Assembly (NCBI GenBank): GCA_963754945.1 | Contig: CAVWIG010000014.1 | Location: 37,648-101,647 of the forward strand | Source of the DNA: Methanotrichaceae archaeon | Lineage (GTDB): Archaea; Halobacteriota; Methanosarcinia; Methanotrichales; Methanotrichaceae | DNA length: 64,000 bases | Direction: 5' to 3' | Part shown: piece after piece, positions 20,834 through 31,479 of the stretch | How the letters are laid out: every line of letters starts with the position of its first letter | Numbering within the stretch: position 1 is the stretch's first letter | Position numbers and translations under genes: made by a program | The notes under the pieces: model-generated | Told to the model about the DNA's origin: nothing | Database searches by the model: none | The model's input: the letters and a program-made list of their open reading frames with translations, nothing else

Positions 20834-21406
20834 ATGTACGCGATCATTGCCTGTGGCGTTTTCCAGAAAGAGCTCGAGAGGATAGCGGATGATCTTGGAT
20901 TTCCCTTCGAAGCGCACTATTTAGGTGCGGGACTCCACGTCGACTTCGATGAGCTGGCGGATGCATTGAAGACCGAGCTGGAGAAGTGCAAAGGCTGCGA
21001 GGGCATAATTGTGGCGTACGGTGAGTGCCATCCCAAGATCGCGGAAATCCTCGAACCTTACCATGCGGCTCTGATCAACTGCCAGAACTGCATAGACGCC
21101 TTCGTCACCAGGAAGGCCGTTGAGAACATAGCCAGGAAGGGGCTTTACTTTTATCTCTCGCCAGGCTGGATGGAGTGCTGGAGGGAGATCCTCGCCAGAC
21201 TGAACTGGGGCCAGGAGGAGGCCAGGCTGCAGCTAGGATCATTCAAGGGCTCGGTCTTCATGGACACCCTGAATAACGCTGCAGACTACGAGCAGGATCT
21301 GATAGAGTTTCTGGATTTCACCCTGCTCCCTTACGAGATCATGCCCACCGATCTGGAACACTTCAAATCGCTTATCTTAGAGGCCAAGAACCGACTGGAG
21401 GAGTAA
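20834..21406 (+). CDS. DUF1638-like protein
   Basis: IIACGVF, GLH, YGEC, NCIDAF and FYLSPGW motifs. Confidence 0.75.
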   Translation: MYAIIACGVFQKELERIADDLGFPFEAHYLGAGLHVDFDELADALKTELEKCKGCEGIIVAYGECHPKIAEILEPYHAALINCQNCIDAFVTRKAVENIARKGLYFYLSPGWMECWREILARLNWGQEEARLQLGSFKGSVFMDTLNNAADYEQDLIEFLDFTLLPYEIMPTDLEHFKSLILEAKNRLEE

Positions 21407-21408
21407 GC

Positions 21409-21816
21409 TTGGACGAACTTGATGAGATAAGAAAAAAGAAAATGGAGAAGATAATGAGCGAACAGAACAAGCCTTCTATGCCCAATGTCGAGTATCCCAG
21501 CAAGCCTGTCATCGTTACCGACAGCACTCTGGAAGCAGCACTGAATCAATATCCATTGCTGATCGTGGACTGCTGGGCTGAGTGGTGTGGTCCTTGCCGG
21601 ATGATAGGTCCGATAATAGAGGATCTGGCAAAGGAAATGAGTGGCAAAGCCGTCTTCGGGAAGCTGAATGTGGACGAGAACATGCAGACGTCGAACAAGT
21701 ACAGGATATCTGCTATACCTACTCTGCTGGTCTTCAAGGATGGAAAGCTCCTGGACAAGCTGGTAGGGGCCTACCCTAAGGCCACACTGGCCGGAAAAAT
21801 TCAGAAGTATCTCTGA
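21409..21816 (+). CDS. trxA: Thioredoxin
   Basis: WCGPC active site. Confidence 0.95.
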   Translation: MDELDEIRKKKMEKIMSEQNKPSMPNVEYPSKPVIVTDSTLEAALNQYPLLIVDCWAEWCGPCRMIGPIIEDLAKEMSGKAVFGKLNVDENMQTSNKYRISAIPTLLVFKDGKLLDKLVGAYPKATLAGKIQKYL

Positions 21817-21863
21817 GGAAAGACCTCAGAGATATCGATTCTTTATGCGGGATTTTTTTAAAT

Positions 21864-22694
21864 TCAAGCGGCGCTGCCGGGCACCTTGACTCTGGAGTAG
21901 CCCTCCAGGTTGACGACTGGCGTGCTCTGGTTGTAGCTGGAAAGATCGGTGACTTGGTTAGGTGCAGAGTAGCCAGGGCTGTAGAATGGTTTTGTCGGGT
22001 TGTTGTTCTCTATGCTGACCAGAGGCTTAACAACGTTCGTGACTGTCTGTAGCGGCTTGACATGAGAGTATGCGCTCACATTGTAGGCGGGCTTGGTGTT
22101 GGAGTAGGCCTCGATGTTGTAAGTGGACTTGTTTCCGTACATGTCTACGTTGTTGATGGATTTAGGTGGTAGGCCCACAGTATCGACAGCCTTGACGGAA
22201 GTCATCCCAACATGGATTGCAGGTTGGGAAACCGTCTGGTTCAACTCTGGGGTGTTATTCGTCGGCATGGTGTTGTTCAACAGAACCGCATTGTTCCCAG
22301 GGACTGGGTTGCTCACAAGTGAGGAGTTGCTAATCGGAGTTGTCTGGTCCATCAAGGCAGTGGGAGACGCGGGAGCGATATTGTTATCAAGCGATGTGTT
22401 GTTCGAAGGAGTGGAATTGTTTGCAGGTATGGTGTTGTTCAACGGAGCAGTATTGTTCCCATGGATTGGGTTGTTCACAATCGATGAGTTGTTCATCTGA
22501 ATTGCCTGGTTCGTCAAAGCGACGGGAGTTGCGAGGGAAGTATTGTTAACAAGTGATGTGTTGTTCGAAGGGGTGGTATTGTTTCCCATTATGATCTGGT
22601 TCGCCGAAGCGGTCGTATTTTCCTGTGCGGTGGCTAGCAGCATTAGGGTAGCCAGTAACAAGGAACACGCTAAGTAAGCTATTTTTGTACTCAT
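21864..22694 (-). CDS. Secreted Asn/Thr/Pro-rich putative glycoprotein with internal repeats
   Basis: Signal peptide; many N-x-S/T sequons; two ~55-aa repeats. Confidence 0.8.
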   Translation of the reverse strand: MSTKIAYLACSLLLATLMLLATAQENTTASANQIIMGNNTTPSNNTSLVNNTSLATPVALTNQAIQMNNSSIVNNPIHGNNTAPLNNTIPANNSTPSNNTSLDNNIAPASPTALMDQTTPISNSSLVSNPVPGNNAVLLNNTMPTNNTPELNQTVSQPAIHVGMTSVKAVDTVGLPPKSINNVDMYGNKSTYNIEAYSNTKPAYNVSAYSHVKPLQTVTNVVKPLVSIENNNPTKPFYSPGYSAPNQVTDLSSYNQSTPVVNLEGYSRVKVPGSAA

Positions 22695-23221
22695 ATTGAT
22701 CCTCGGCTGGGACAGTTGTAGCTATGTGCTTATCAATTTTAGGTACGGAAAGCTGGCGATGAGTCCGGCAGATCAATCGAGTTATGATGTCGGCAACAGT
22801 GCATAGTTTAAAGCAACTTTTGACCGCTTCCATCTACGCTTCGACCTCGTGCTGTCTCAAATCCCTTTTTCCTGGATCGTTTTTAGGATTCGTTCCATGG
22901 ATGGCCTATTTCTGCGGGCCTCGGCCAGCGAGCGGGAGCGGTTGCCTTGTCCACTGCCTCGTCGGGTCAGGCAGCGTCTACCAGAATCCACACGGAGTAT
23001 AGTATTTAACTAAATGATTCATAAGCAGAAATATGTTCGATCAAGCTATGCATAGCGGTCATAAGTTTCATATTTTGGGTTAAACACGATAATTGCCAAC
23101 AACACTGAAGGATGAAATTGGTCTTTCCAGGATGCAGCCGAGGTATCTGGCGGGCATCGTCTCAATTCTGTCCCTTGTGCCCGGAACTGATTCGTCAGCT
23201 TTCGCAATCCATATAGCTTAA

Positions 23222-23350
23222 GGCAGTCACAGGCAATTCAAGCACCCATTCAAACGAGGCCGCGTGATGATTGCACGCAAGCTTGATATGAACCTGCATC
23301 CGAAGACACTAAAAAGTATATTAAAGCAGGCAGACATAGTGGAGATCTAG
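23222..23350 (+). pseudogene. HicA toxin relic (N-terminus missing)
   Basis: GSHRQFKHPFKRGRV...LHPKTLKSILKQA. Confidence 0.8.
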
Positions 23351-23351
23351 G

Positions 23352-23567
23352 ATGGCAAAATATGCGATAATCATCGAAAAGAGTGAAGGGAATTACTCTG
23401 CATACTGTCCAGATCTCCCTGGCGTAGTTTCTGCAGCCGAGACCGAGGAGGAGACAGCGGAACTAATGAAAGAGGCGATAGAGTTTCATCTTGAAGGGCT
23501 GAAAGAGGATAGGATACCGATCCCGGAGCCGACGATCTCCGCTAGGTGCGTTGAAATCGTTGTATAA
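23352..23567 (+). CDS. HicB-family antitoxin
   Basis: YSAYCPDLPG...AET.EE...MKEAIEFHLEG. Confidence 0.9.
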   Translation: MAKYAIIIEKSEGNYSAYCPDLPGVVSAAETEEETAELMKEAIEFHLEGLKEDRIPIPEPTISARCVEIVV

Positions 23568-23574
23568 AAAGCCG

Positions 23575-23698
23575 ATCGACAGAAAGGCAACCGTAACCAT
23601 TCCGGTCTTCGGGAAATCTCAAGATTGTTTTTCTCAAAATCAGAAATATGAAGACGGGACCGGATGATGAGGAGTTCTTGAGGCTCTTAAAGGGTGAT
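23575..23698 (+). pseudogene. Degraded second HicA-like toxin relic
   Basis: Fragments ATVTIPV and DEEFLRLL before the second HicB; no intact frame. Confidence 0.45.
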
Positions 23699-23703
23699 TG
23701 AAT

Positions 23704-23928
23704 ATGGATTATACGATTCTAATACACCAGGCGGAGGAAGGCGGCTTCTGGTCCGAGGTTCCGGCTCTACCCGGCTGTTACTCTCAAGGAGAGACCATCG
23801 ATGAGACCATGCAGAACACTAAAGAGGCCATAGAGGCTTATCTTCTGGTTTTGAAAGAGGACCAGGTTTCGGCTCCAGTCGATGAGAGTCTTATCATAGG
23901 TAGGGTCAAGGTGGAAGTCGCAGACTGA
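23704..23928 (+). CDS. HicB-family antitoxin
   Basis: EEGGFWSEVPALPGCYSQGETIDE...KEAI. Confidence 0.9.
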   Translation: MDYTILIHQAEEGGFWSEVPALPGCYSQGETIDETMQNTKEAIEAYLLVLKEDQVSAPVDESLIIGRVKVEVAD

Positions 23929-23973
23929 TGCCTCTACGTAATGCTTTTCCGCAGCTTTGAAATCCGCTTCGCT

Positions 23974-25011
23974 CTAGACTATCCTCGACCGTCTGAGCAA
24001 AACTGCCGCTACCAAAGCTGCAACGCTCAGTTCAGGAGATAACGGGCTCTGTTTCTGAGTCGTGGTGTTGTTGCCCGACTTGGGAAGGGGCTTGGCCTCA
24101 AACACGCTCTCTTTGACATCTCTCACATCACCGCTGTTGCCCAGCAGAACAACACTTAGCTGATAGACCCCTGGATCCAGGGTTTTGTTCCATGATATCT
24201 CAACAGTCTCATCTTTGCCTGTGAGCAGCACAGGAGTCTTCTTTTCGATGGTCTTCAGAACTGTCCCGTTGTGGGTTAGCGTGAACCTGAGCATTCCCAT
24301 GAAAGGAACCCTGGAGTCGCCGAGAACAGTAGCGCTGGCTCCTGTCTCGTCCTCGTAGGTCTCCGTGATTACTGCGTCGTCCTTCGCGACAAAGTTCATC
24401 ATGTAGGCCCTGGTCTGATTGTGGCTGGGCTCGACTATCTTGACCCTTCCAGAGTAATTTTTTCCATCAACCAGGATCTGGTGCCAGGGCCTGTCGAGCT
24501 CCAGGGCCACCCCGGTGGAAATGGGCACAGACTTATCCTCCGATATGTAAATGGCCTTGTTTCCGGTGATGAGCATGTAGTAGATGTCCACGATTGTTGG
24601 GTCTTGTGAGAGTATGGAGAGATGGATGCCTCTGGAGTCTGCGTTGAAATCCCTGACATCGAATCTTACTGGAGTTTCACCGGCGTAGAAAAACCTGTAG
24701 TTCCCTTCTGAAAGGGTCTTGTTGTTTCTCAGTAGATTGGCGCGGACCTGGTAGGATCCTTTTTCGGCCTCGAAGGAATCCCAGGCAGATATCCAGGTGC
24801 CCGGCCCGTCCAGGTTTAGAAGCCTTGTCTGGAGAACCTGGTCCCCAAAGATCAGATCTAAGCGGAGCTGGTCGCCAGCCACGTCTCCTTGAACTGTGAC
24901 ATCGGATGACCCGATGTTGGAGTAGACATCCGTGATCTCCTGTGACTGCGTTAGTCCAATAAGTGCCAATATGGCGACCGCAAACCAGATGGGATAGGTT
25001 CTCATGTGCAT
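23974..25011 (-). CDS. Cell-surface protein with C-terminal archaeosortase-type sorting signal
   Basis: Signal peptide; C-terminus T-rich spacer, SPL motif, hydrophobic helix, RR..R. Confidence 0.75.
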   Translation of the reverse strand: MHMRTYPIWFAVAILALIGLTQSQEITDVYSNIGSSDVTVQGDVAGDQLRLDLIFGDQVLQTRLLNLDGPGTWISAWDSFEAEKGSYQVRANLLRNNKTLSEGNYRFFYAGETPVRFDVRDFNADSRGIHLSILSQDPTIVDIYYMLITGNKAIYISEDKSVPISTGVALELDRPWHQILVDGKNYSGRVKIVEPSHNQTRAYMMNFVAKDDAVITETYEDETGASATVLGDSRVPFMGMLRFTLTHNGTVLKTIEKKTPVLLTGKDETVEISWNKTLDPGVYQLSVVLLGNSGDVRDVKESVFEAKPLPKSGNNTTTQKQSPLSPELSVAALVAAVLLRRSRIV

Positions 25012-25098
25012 TACCTGTCAATTGTCTGTGATGTCTCAAGAGGGTTTAAAATTAACCCCAAACCCTGTCTTTAAAGAGGAAAGTTAATCAAGAAGCAG

Positions 25099-26281
25099 AT
25101 GGATGGTGCGCTGTTCGAGGAGATCTCGGTGCTCGCACCTTTCATAGCGTTAAGACATATAACAACGCGCAGAAGGCAGACCATCCTGTCTGTCCTGGCC
25201 ATCGGAGTGGCCGTAGCTGCGGTTCTTGTATTCATTTCGCTACAGGACGGGTTCCAGGGGATGCTGTTCAATATAATAGTTGATGATTTGTCCCACGTCA
25301 CCGTCACCCCAAAGGAAGGAGACGACTACATCTATCTATACAGAAACCTCATGGACAGGATTTGGTCAATTCCAGGAGTAACGGCTGTTTCTCCTGGCTT
25401 AGGCACGACGGCAACCTTCACTCACAAGGACAATGTAGAAAACGTGGCCATGTCAGGAGTGAATCCCTCCGATATGGACAAAATCTACAAAATCGGCCAA
25501 TACGTGATCCGTGGAGATCTGGCGTCCATCCAGGATGGGAACAAAGTAGTTTTGGGCCAAAAGTTGGCAGACAACCTGAAGGTGAAGCTGGGAGACACAG
25601 TCGACGCCAGCTTTCCCGATGCAAGAAGTACCAGCCTCGTGGTCTCTGGAATATTCAATTCGCCGACAGGCTGGCCTGAGGACATAGCCTTTGTCTCTCT
25701 TTCCACTGCCAGGAATTTCCTGAACAAAGGAGACGTTGCCTCATCAGTGGACATTAAGCTGGAAGATGTCTATCAGGCAGATGCAGTGGCAAGTTCTTAG
25801 AGGGTACGGCTACAAGGCTGATAGCTGGCAGCAGCTTTACCCTGAGATCCTTCGCACTTTAGTCATCGAGCGCTTCCAGAACCTACTGATAAACCTGTTA
25901 ATACTGATCATTGCCGCCTTCGGGATAGGGAGCGTGATGTACATGCTCGTAAACGAGAAGACGAGCGAAATAGGAATGCTCATGGCCCTGGGAGCGACAA
26001 GCCATGCCATAAGGAATATTTTCTTAGTGGAAAGCGGCATCCTAGGATCGATAGGCGGGGTTGCTGGAGCTATTGTAGGATTGCTTATTTCCCTGTACCT
26101 GAAGAGCAAAGAGATCCGGATGGAGGCACCAGGAGGTCAGATGATCACTCTGCCCGTGGTGATCAATCCGTGGAACTTTCTGATCATCGTGATGTTGGCG
26201 GCTGCCTTGAGCGTTATAATCAGTGCATATCCGGCCTGGAAGGCGTCCCGCCTTGACCCAGTGGAAGCCATAAAGGGTTAG
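25099..26281 (+). pseudogene. ABC transporter permease (LolE/FtsX/MacB-like), frameshifted near 25797
   Basis: N-part ORF 25099-25800 and C-part (EIGMLMALGA...YPAWKASRLDPVEAI) in different frames; may be a sequencing indel. Confidence 0.8.
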
Positions 26282-26286
26282 CCACC

Positions 26287-26928
26287 ATGTACGAGTTCAC
26301 CGTCGCTCAGAAACATATATTGAGAAACCCTAAGATGGCTCTGTTCACCATCGCTGCTGTAACCCTCGCTGTGGCTGTCGTTGTTGTTCTAATGGGCCTC
26401 ATGAGCGGCTTCCAGGACGAGGTCATCACAACCACTGTCGAAAACAATCCTCATATCTTAGTTCAACCGAAGGAGGACGAGAAGTATGTTTACCTCTACA
26501 GGACCGTCTCAAGCATACTTTGGAATTACCCTGAGGTGAAGGCTGTCTCGGCCCGGCTTAGTGGGAAGGCTGCTGCAAAGTACAAGGATAAGGTCAGGGG
26601 GGTCGATTTCTTGGGGGTCGATCCGTCTGATGAAGACCGACTGATGGACATTCAGAAGGATATAGTCTACGGCAATTTCCAGGATCTTCGGACCAGGAAG
26701 TACTCAGCGTTCATTGGGACAACGCTTGCGGAAGAACTCAAGCTACATCTGGAGAACGATTTTTTGCTTTCCAGGGGAAATAAATCCGTCAGGCTCAAGG
26801 TGGCAGGACTATTCGAGACTGGATCAGCCAGGGACAAAACCCTGGTATACATCCCGAGGTCCACTGCTCAGGACCTCCTAGGCAAGGGAGACGTCGTCTC
26901 CGAGGTGGATGTCAAGGTGAAAGACATA
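26287..26928 (+). pseudogene. Second LolE/FtsX-like permease truncated by IS5
   Basis: Paralogue of the upstream permease; stops at the IS5 left end and its C-terminal half is absent from the window. Confidence 0.85.
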
Positions 26929-28215
26929 TGAGAGTTTCGAAAAACTAATCAATCGAAATACTTATATACTATTAATACTATAATATAATGCATGAGGACT
27001 CTCATTGATTTTGCCATTCGAGCAGAATATGCTCGAGTAAAAGCCCTCGGAGATGATCTATCCGAGATCGGATCGTTGATCAATTGGGAGCGTTTCAGAT
27101 TTTTGGAACCATTGATATACAAAAATAAAACTAGCCGCGGAGGTCGTCCGAACATTGACATCGTGATTATGGTGAAAGCTCTCGTAATTCAGCATTGGTT
27201 TGGTCTAACAGATCCAGAACTGGAGCGACAGGTTGCGGATAGGATCTCTTTTCGTATTTTCCTTGGCACCACTGAAGTAATTCCTGATTTCAGCACAGTT
27301 TGGCTATTCCGTGAACGTTTGATTAAGTGCGACGTATACGATGATCTTTGGAATGAGCTTCAAAGGCAGCTCGATGAGATGGGGTTTACTGTAAAGAATG
27401 GCACTATCCAGGATGCAACCTTCATAACTTCGGACCCAGGTCGGAAGAGGAACAAGAAAGACGAGCAAGGCGGGGACAAAAAGGAAGGTCAAGATTCCGA
27501 AGCCACCAGTACGAGCCTGAATCAGGAGTTTGATAAAGAGCTAATTGGTATTTCAAATAATATTATTGATGACAAGGCCAAACCACAGAGACTCGAAGAA
27601 GAGCCAATAAATGAGGGAAGTTGGGCAAAAAAGGGTGTCAAATCCTTTTTCGGATATAAAGGTCATATCTCAATCGATACCAATTACCACCTTATCAGAT
27701 ATTTTGAGACTACAACTGCTTCTGTACACGATAGTCAGGTAGATCTTGGAATTGAAGGGCTACCACGTTACGCCGATAAGGGATATGATGGTGCAAAAAC
27801 TCGAGGATATGATGCAGCCATGAAAAAAGCTACAAGAGGTCACAAGCTTGGAATCATAGATCTTCTGAGGAATAAGAGAATCAGTAAAACGCGATCGCAC
27901 ATCGAAAGATGCTTCGCTGTTATGAAGCGGGGGCATAAGGGAGCACATGTTTATGTAACAACTGTCGCAAGAGCTGGAGTAAAATTCATGATGAATTCGG
28001 TCGTTTACAACCTGGAACAGTTGAAATATTTAGTGCATAAACAAACAGCCTAGCGGAAGCTCTCTAAAAAAGCGCAAAAATTAGAAACAACAAGGTAAAT
28101 TGAAATCTAATAAGCCAATTTAGGGGTGAAATATGCTAAAAAACCACTATAAAGATTGAAAATATTAACGCAAGAATTTAAGGCTTCATTAACCAACACT
28201 AAATCGAAACCCTCA
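26929..28215 (+). mobile_element. IS5-family insertion sequence, copy 2 (apparently identical to 6309-7595)
   Basis: Same 1287-bp length, same TIRs, TA on both sides. Confidence 0.93.
26992..28053 (+). CDS. IS5-family transposase
   Basis: Translation identical to 6372-7433. Confidence 0.93.
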   Translation: MRTLIDFAIRAEYARVKALGDDLSEIGSLINWERFRFLEPLIYKNKTSRGGRPNIDIVIMVKALVIQHWFGLTDPELERQVADRISFRIFLGTTEVIPDFSTVWLFRERLIKCDVYDDLWNELQRQLDEMGFTVKNGTIQDATFITSDPGRKRNKKDEQGGDKKEGQDSEATSTSLNQEFDKELIGISNNIIDDKAKPQRLEEEPINEGSWAKKGVKSFFGYKGHISIDTNYHLIRYFETTTASVHDSQVDLGIEGLPRYADKGYDGAKTRGYDAAMKKATRGHKLGIIDLLRNKRISKTRSHIERCFAVMKRGHKGAHVYVTTVARAGVKFMMNSVVYNLEQLKYLVHKQTA

Positions 28216-28780
28216 TAAGTACAATTCTTCCCTACTTTTGTATACGAAGACCTTATCAACTTCTTAACCTATATTAGCAATTAGGAATAGATCTATGGAA
28301 CCTATCTTAGTTCCCTCCTAATAGATCTATTCTTTTCCCCTCAATTCTTTTACAATCGGATGGGATGTTCTAAAAATGTATTATCACTTTGATGATTCTT
28401 TCAAAAAAATAGCATATAACGATAAATAGTCTATACCCTAACGGTATATTGCGAAATTCTAGAACATCTTGGATAACCAAGAATTGAAAAGAAGAGTGGT
28501 AAAGAGCTAGCTGCTAAGATGATCGACTGTGGATATGAGAATGCAGTATATGAGCAGGAGAAGGAGTTCAGGGAGTACAATAAGAAAGGCGAAAGCTCAG
28601 GAGGCCCGGCACCCACAGGTAGAGCCTGTGTACCTCTGACCTTTGATGAAGATATCTCAAGCCCAAAGCTATAGGCTATAGGCCATTAAGCCGATGGGAC
28701 CTACCCTCCCCTTTGGAGAGCTATCGATTTTGATGTGGGCAATTCTCAGTGCTGTTATGTGCATCCTCAATTCAGTTCTA

Positions 28781-29026
28781 TTACCTTTTCTTAATCCATC
28801 CAACAACGAACAGCAACACGATCGCTCCAAACACTGCAGTGATAAGAGATCCTATGAGCCCACTCGAAGATAGACCAACCAGGCCGAAAAGAAATCCACC
28901 TACAAGAGCTCCGATCACCCCTATAACCAAGTCTCCAATGAGGCCAAATCCACTTCCTTTCGTTAGCTTGCCTGCCAACCAGCCAGCAATCAATCCTATG
29001 ATCAGAAACCAAACAAACTCGAACAT
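28781..29026 (-). CDS. GlsB/YeaQ/YmgE (transglycosylase-associated) membrane protein
   Basis: IIGLIAGWLA...GLIGDLVIGVIGALVGG...AVFGAIVLL. Confidence 0.88.
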   Translation of the reverse strand: MFEFVWFLIIGLIAGWLAGKLTKGSGFGLIGDLVIGVIGALVGGFLFGLVGLSSSGLIGSLITAVFGAIVLLFVVGWIKKR

Positions 29027-29320
29027 AATAGTCACCCATATCAAAAACGCATTATAAAGTTAAAATACTTTTGATTGTGAAACGATTAACCACAAGACGC
29101 ACGCCATGAAAGTGGCCGTGAAAATCGTTTTTAATGCTGAATCTCTTGCAGGAAGAGCGAGAGAGGGAAAAAGTGAATGGGAAAGCCGACAAAGTAGGAG
29201 GGATTCCTAGGTGACTAAAGGTATTGTCGACTCTCACCTAAGGGATACTTAGACAATTGCCGATATAAACCTATATGGCTAATATGAGTGCCATATAACC
29301 GAAAACCCCGGAAGGCCCTG

Positions 29321-29612
29321 TTATGCGCGATCGTATTCTTGAATACTGATCGGCAACGGTAGAAAGATGGAGCGGAGAAGATTGAGCACGCACATGAATG
29401 AGATTTGATCCTGCGGCTGTTTCACAAGTGCTTTTATAACATATATATTTTTCAATAGCTCATCGGGTAGGCCATGACGCTCTTTCAAATATTCTGGTTT
29501 ATTGTAAGAAAGCCAGACTCTCCCCAGTTCGTCCTCCCACGCTAAAACCTTTAGAGGAAGATCGATAGCTACGCTGGGCGAAGCCAAAATCAATGGCGTT
29601 CCTGCCTTGGGA
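29321..29612 (-). pseudogene. DUF302-family C-terminal fragment
   Basis: PKAGTPL..SPSVAIDLPLKVLAWED..GRVWLSYNKP..L..RH; N-terminus absent. Confidence 0.7.
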
Positions 29613-29769
29613 GTGGATAATAATTTATCTAAAAAGTTAGGACTTTGAGATTATGAGCGCGTTCACTAGTGTATGGCTTCCAAAATGAACTGACAATGGA
29701 ACAAAATGCATTAAGACCGTCTGATTGCTAGGTTATTTTGGAATCGCTATACTAGCCAGGCACATAAGG

Positions 29770-30216
29770 TTACTTGACAGCGGCATTCGCTAGTTTCTTT
29801 CCTGCTTCGGTGCACTTTGCCAAGATCTCGGGCGACGGTGCCCTCTCAGCAGACACGCCCTCAACGACTTTATTAAATTTGAATGAACCGCATATGCGAT
29901 CAAGCACCTCAAGAGCCCTGTCTCCGCCTCTCCCACCGGTAGCGAATGCAACATATGGCTTTCCTGTCACTTTGCCTTGGGAAGGATAGTAAGTTCGATC
30001 GAAGAAATCCTTGAGTGCTCCTGCGATGTAGCTGAAATAATCAGCAGACCCGAGAGCTATTGCGTCGCAACCGAGAAGATCTTCCAGGGTCGCATCCAAC
30101 GCTTTCTTGATGACAACCTCGGCACCCTGGACGCTCTTCACGCCTTCAGCTAAAGCCATCGCCATCTTTTCAGTGTTTCCTGATAGCGTATGATACACAA
30201 TCAATACTTTGGTCAT
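29770..30216 (-). CDS. Flavodoxin-like NAD(P)H-dependent oxidoreductase (WrbA-like)
   Basis: VLIVYHTLSGNTEKMA FMN-binding loop. Confidence 0.88.
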   Translation of the reverse strand: MTKVLIVYHTLSGNTEKMAMALAEGVKSVQGAEVVIKKALDATLEDLLGCDAIALGSADYFSYIAGALKDFFDRTYYPSQGKVTGKPYVAFATGGRGGDRALEVLDRICGSFKFNKVVEGVSAERAPSPEILAKCTEAGKKLANAAVK

Positions 30217-30502
30217 CTTTTCACCATAATCCCTTTTCTTGGTCAATTACATTACACCGATCGCTCTTATAGATGTTCATAAACTCTATCTAGCTCTATC
30301 GCAAAGCGGCATAAAAATGTGTCTGCTATTTCATAAAGCAGAGAAGATTAATTTTTAAAATAACCTTTACGGCCCTTAATACCGCCCTTCAATGAATCAT
30401 TGCCATGGCCAAAGAAAGCTAGAAGGCTTTGGATGGCTGTCTAGGACAGGCAAAAGATTCTAAAGCTCCGGCTCCATCGTATGAAGAGGCCCAAAAGAAA
30501 GG

Positions 30503-30717
30503 ATGGTGGAAGTTATGGAAATGACAGGCCCATTTCAGTCTCCGCGTGATCGTGTCCTGTGGATACTGGCCCACCACGGCGGGAAGATGAAGCGAAGCAG
30601 ATTGAGAGCAGCCACAAAGATGCGAGAAGCCTACTTGAACCGATCCTCGGGGAGCTGGAAAGAGAGGGAAGGATCAGGATATCTGGGGATATCATAACAC
30701 TGGAGAAGGTGATCTGA
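30503..30717 (+). pseudogene. Small winged-helix protein, frameshifted
   Basis: RDRVLWILAHHGGKMKRSRLRAAT continues in a shifted frame as ILGELEREGRIRISGDIITL. Confidence 0.55.
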
Positions 30718-31010
30718 TTCATAAGCCAAGAAGATTATTTTTAAAATGGCCTTAAGGCCCCTTAAAACATCCGTTAATGATCATTGGCCTGGCCACAGAA
30801 GGCTAGAAGGCTATGGGATGGCATGGCCAGGTCGGATGCCGGAGGCCAGGGTTAAGCCTAGCTTCTGGCGGATCATTTATTAGATAAGACAGGTAAGATT
30901 AGGCATTAGAAAACAGATAGAAATTCGCGCTTTCAATCACGATTGACTTCCTCTGGATAATTAATAAACAGCGTCTATAAATACTAAAAAGAACACATGA
31001 AGCTGATAAT

Positions 31011-31193
31011 ATGGCATGCTCAGATAACATTGGGGAGAAGAAGAAATTAATGATCTCCAACATTACGGAGGAAACCGCGCTGGAAGAGTTTAAGGCTGGC
31101 GTAGTTCGGAGCATGAAGCAGTACAATGCAGGCTTAGTGAAGACGTTCACTGATATAGACGAGTTCCTGGACGACTTGCACAACCCAGAGTAA
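31011..31193 (+). CDS. Putative antitoxin
   Basis: Acidic tail GLVKTFTDIDEFLDDL; directly upstream of a RelE-like gene. Confidence 0.7.
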   Translation: MACSDNIGEKKKLMISNITEETALEEFKAGVVRSMKQYNAGLVKTFTDIDEFLDDLHNPE

Positions 31194-31203
31194 TCTTCTT
31201 TCT

Positions 31204-31479
31204 ATGCAGTATAAAGTTGGCCGAACACAGGAATTCGTTGACCAATTTAGAAAATTGACCAGGAAAGACAAGGCATTACAGGAAAGGCTTGACAAGAAAA
31301 TCAGACAAATCAGAGAAAATCCATACCTGGGCGATCCAAAAACCTATAATCTGAAATACACTCGCGGAACACACGTAAATCCTTACGTCATTGTTTACAT
31401 GATCGTCTGCGATACGATTTTGTTCTTATATGTAGCTCATCATGATGTCGTTTACGAAGAAGCCCCTAAAGTGTTTTAG
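31204..31479 (+). CDS. RelE/ParE-superfamily toxin (possibly extends to 31552 if a +1 T is an error)
   Basis: F..QFRKL...LDKKIRQIRENPYLG...YVIVY...HHDVVY. Confidence 0.75.
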   Translation: MQYKVGRTQEFVDQFRKLTRKDKALQERLDKKIRQIRENPYLGDPKTYNLKYTRGTHVNPYVIVYMIVCDTILFLYVAHHDVVYEEAPKVF

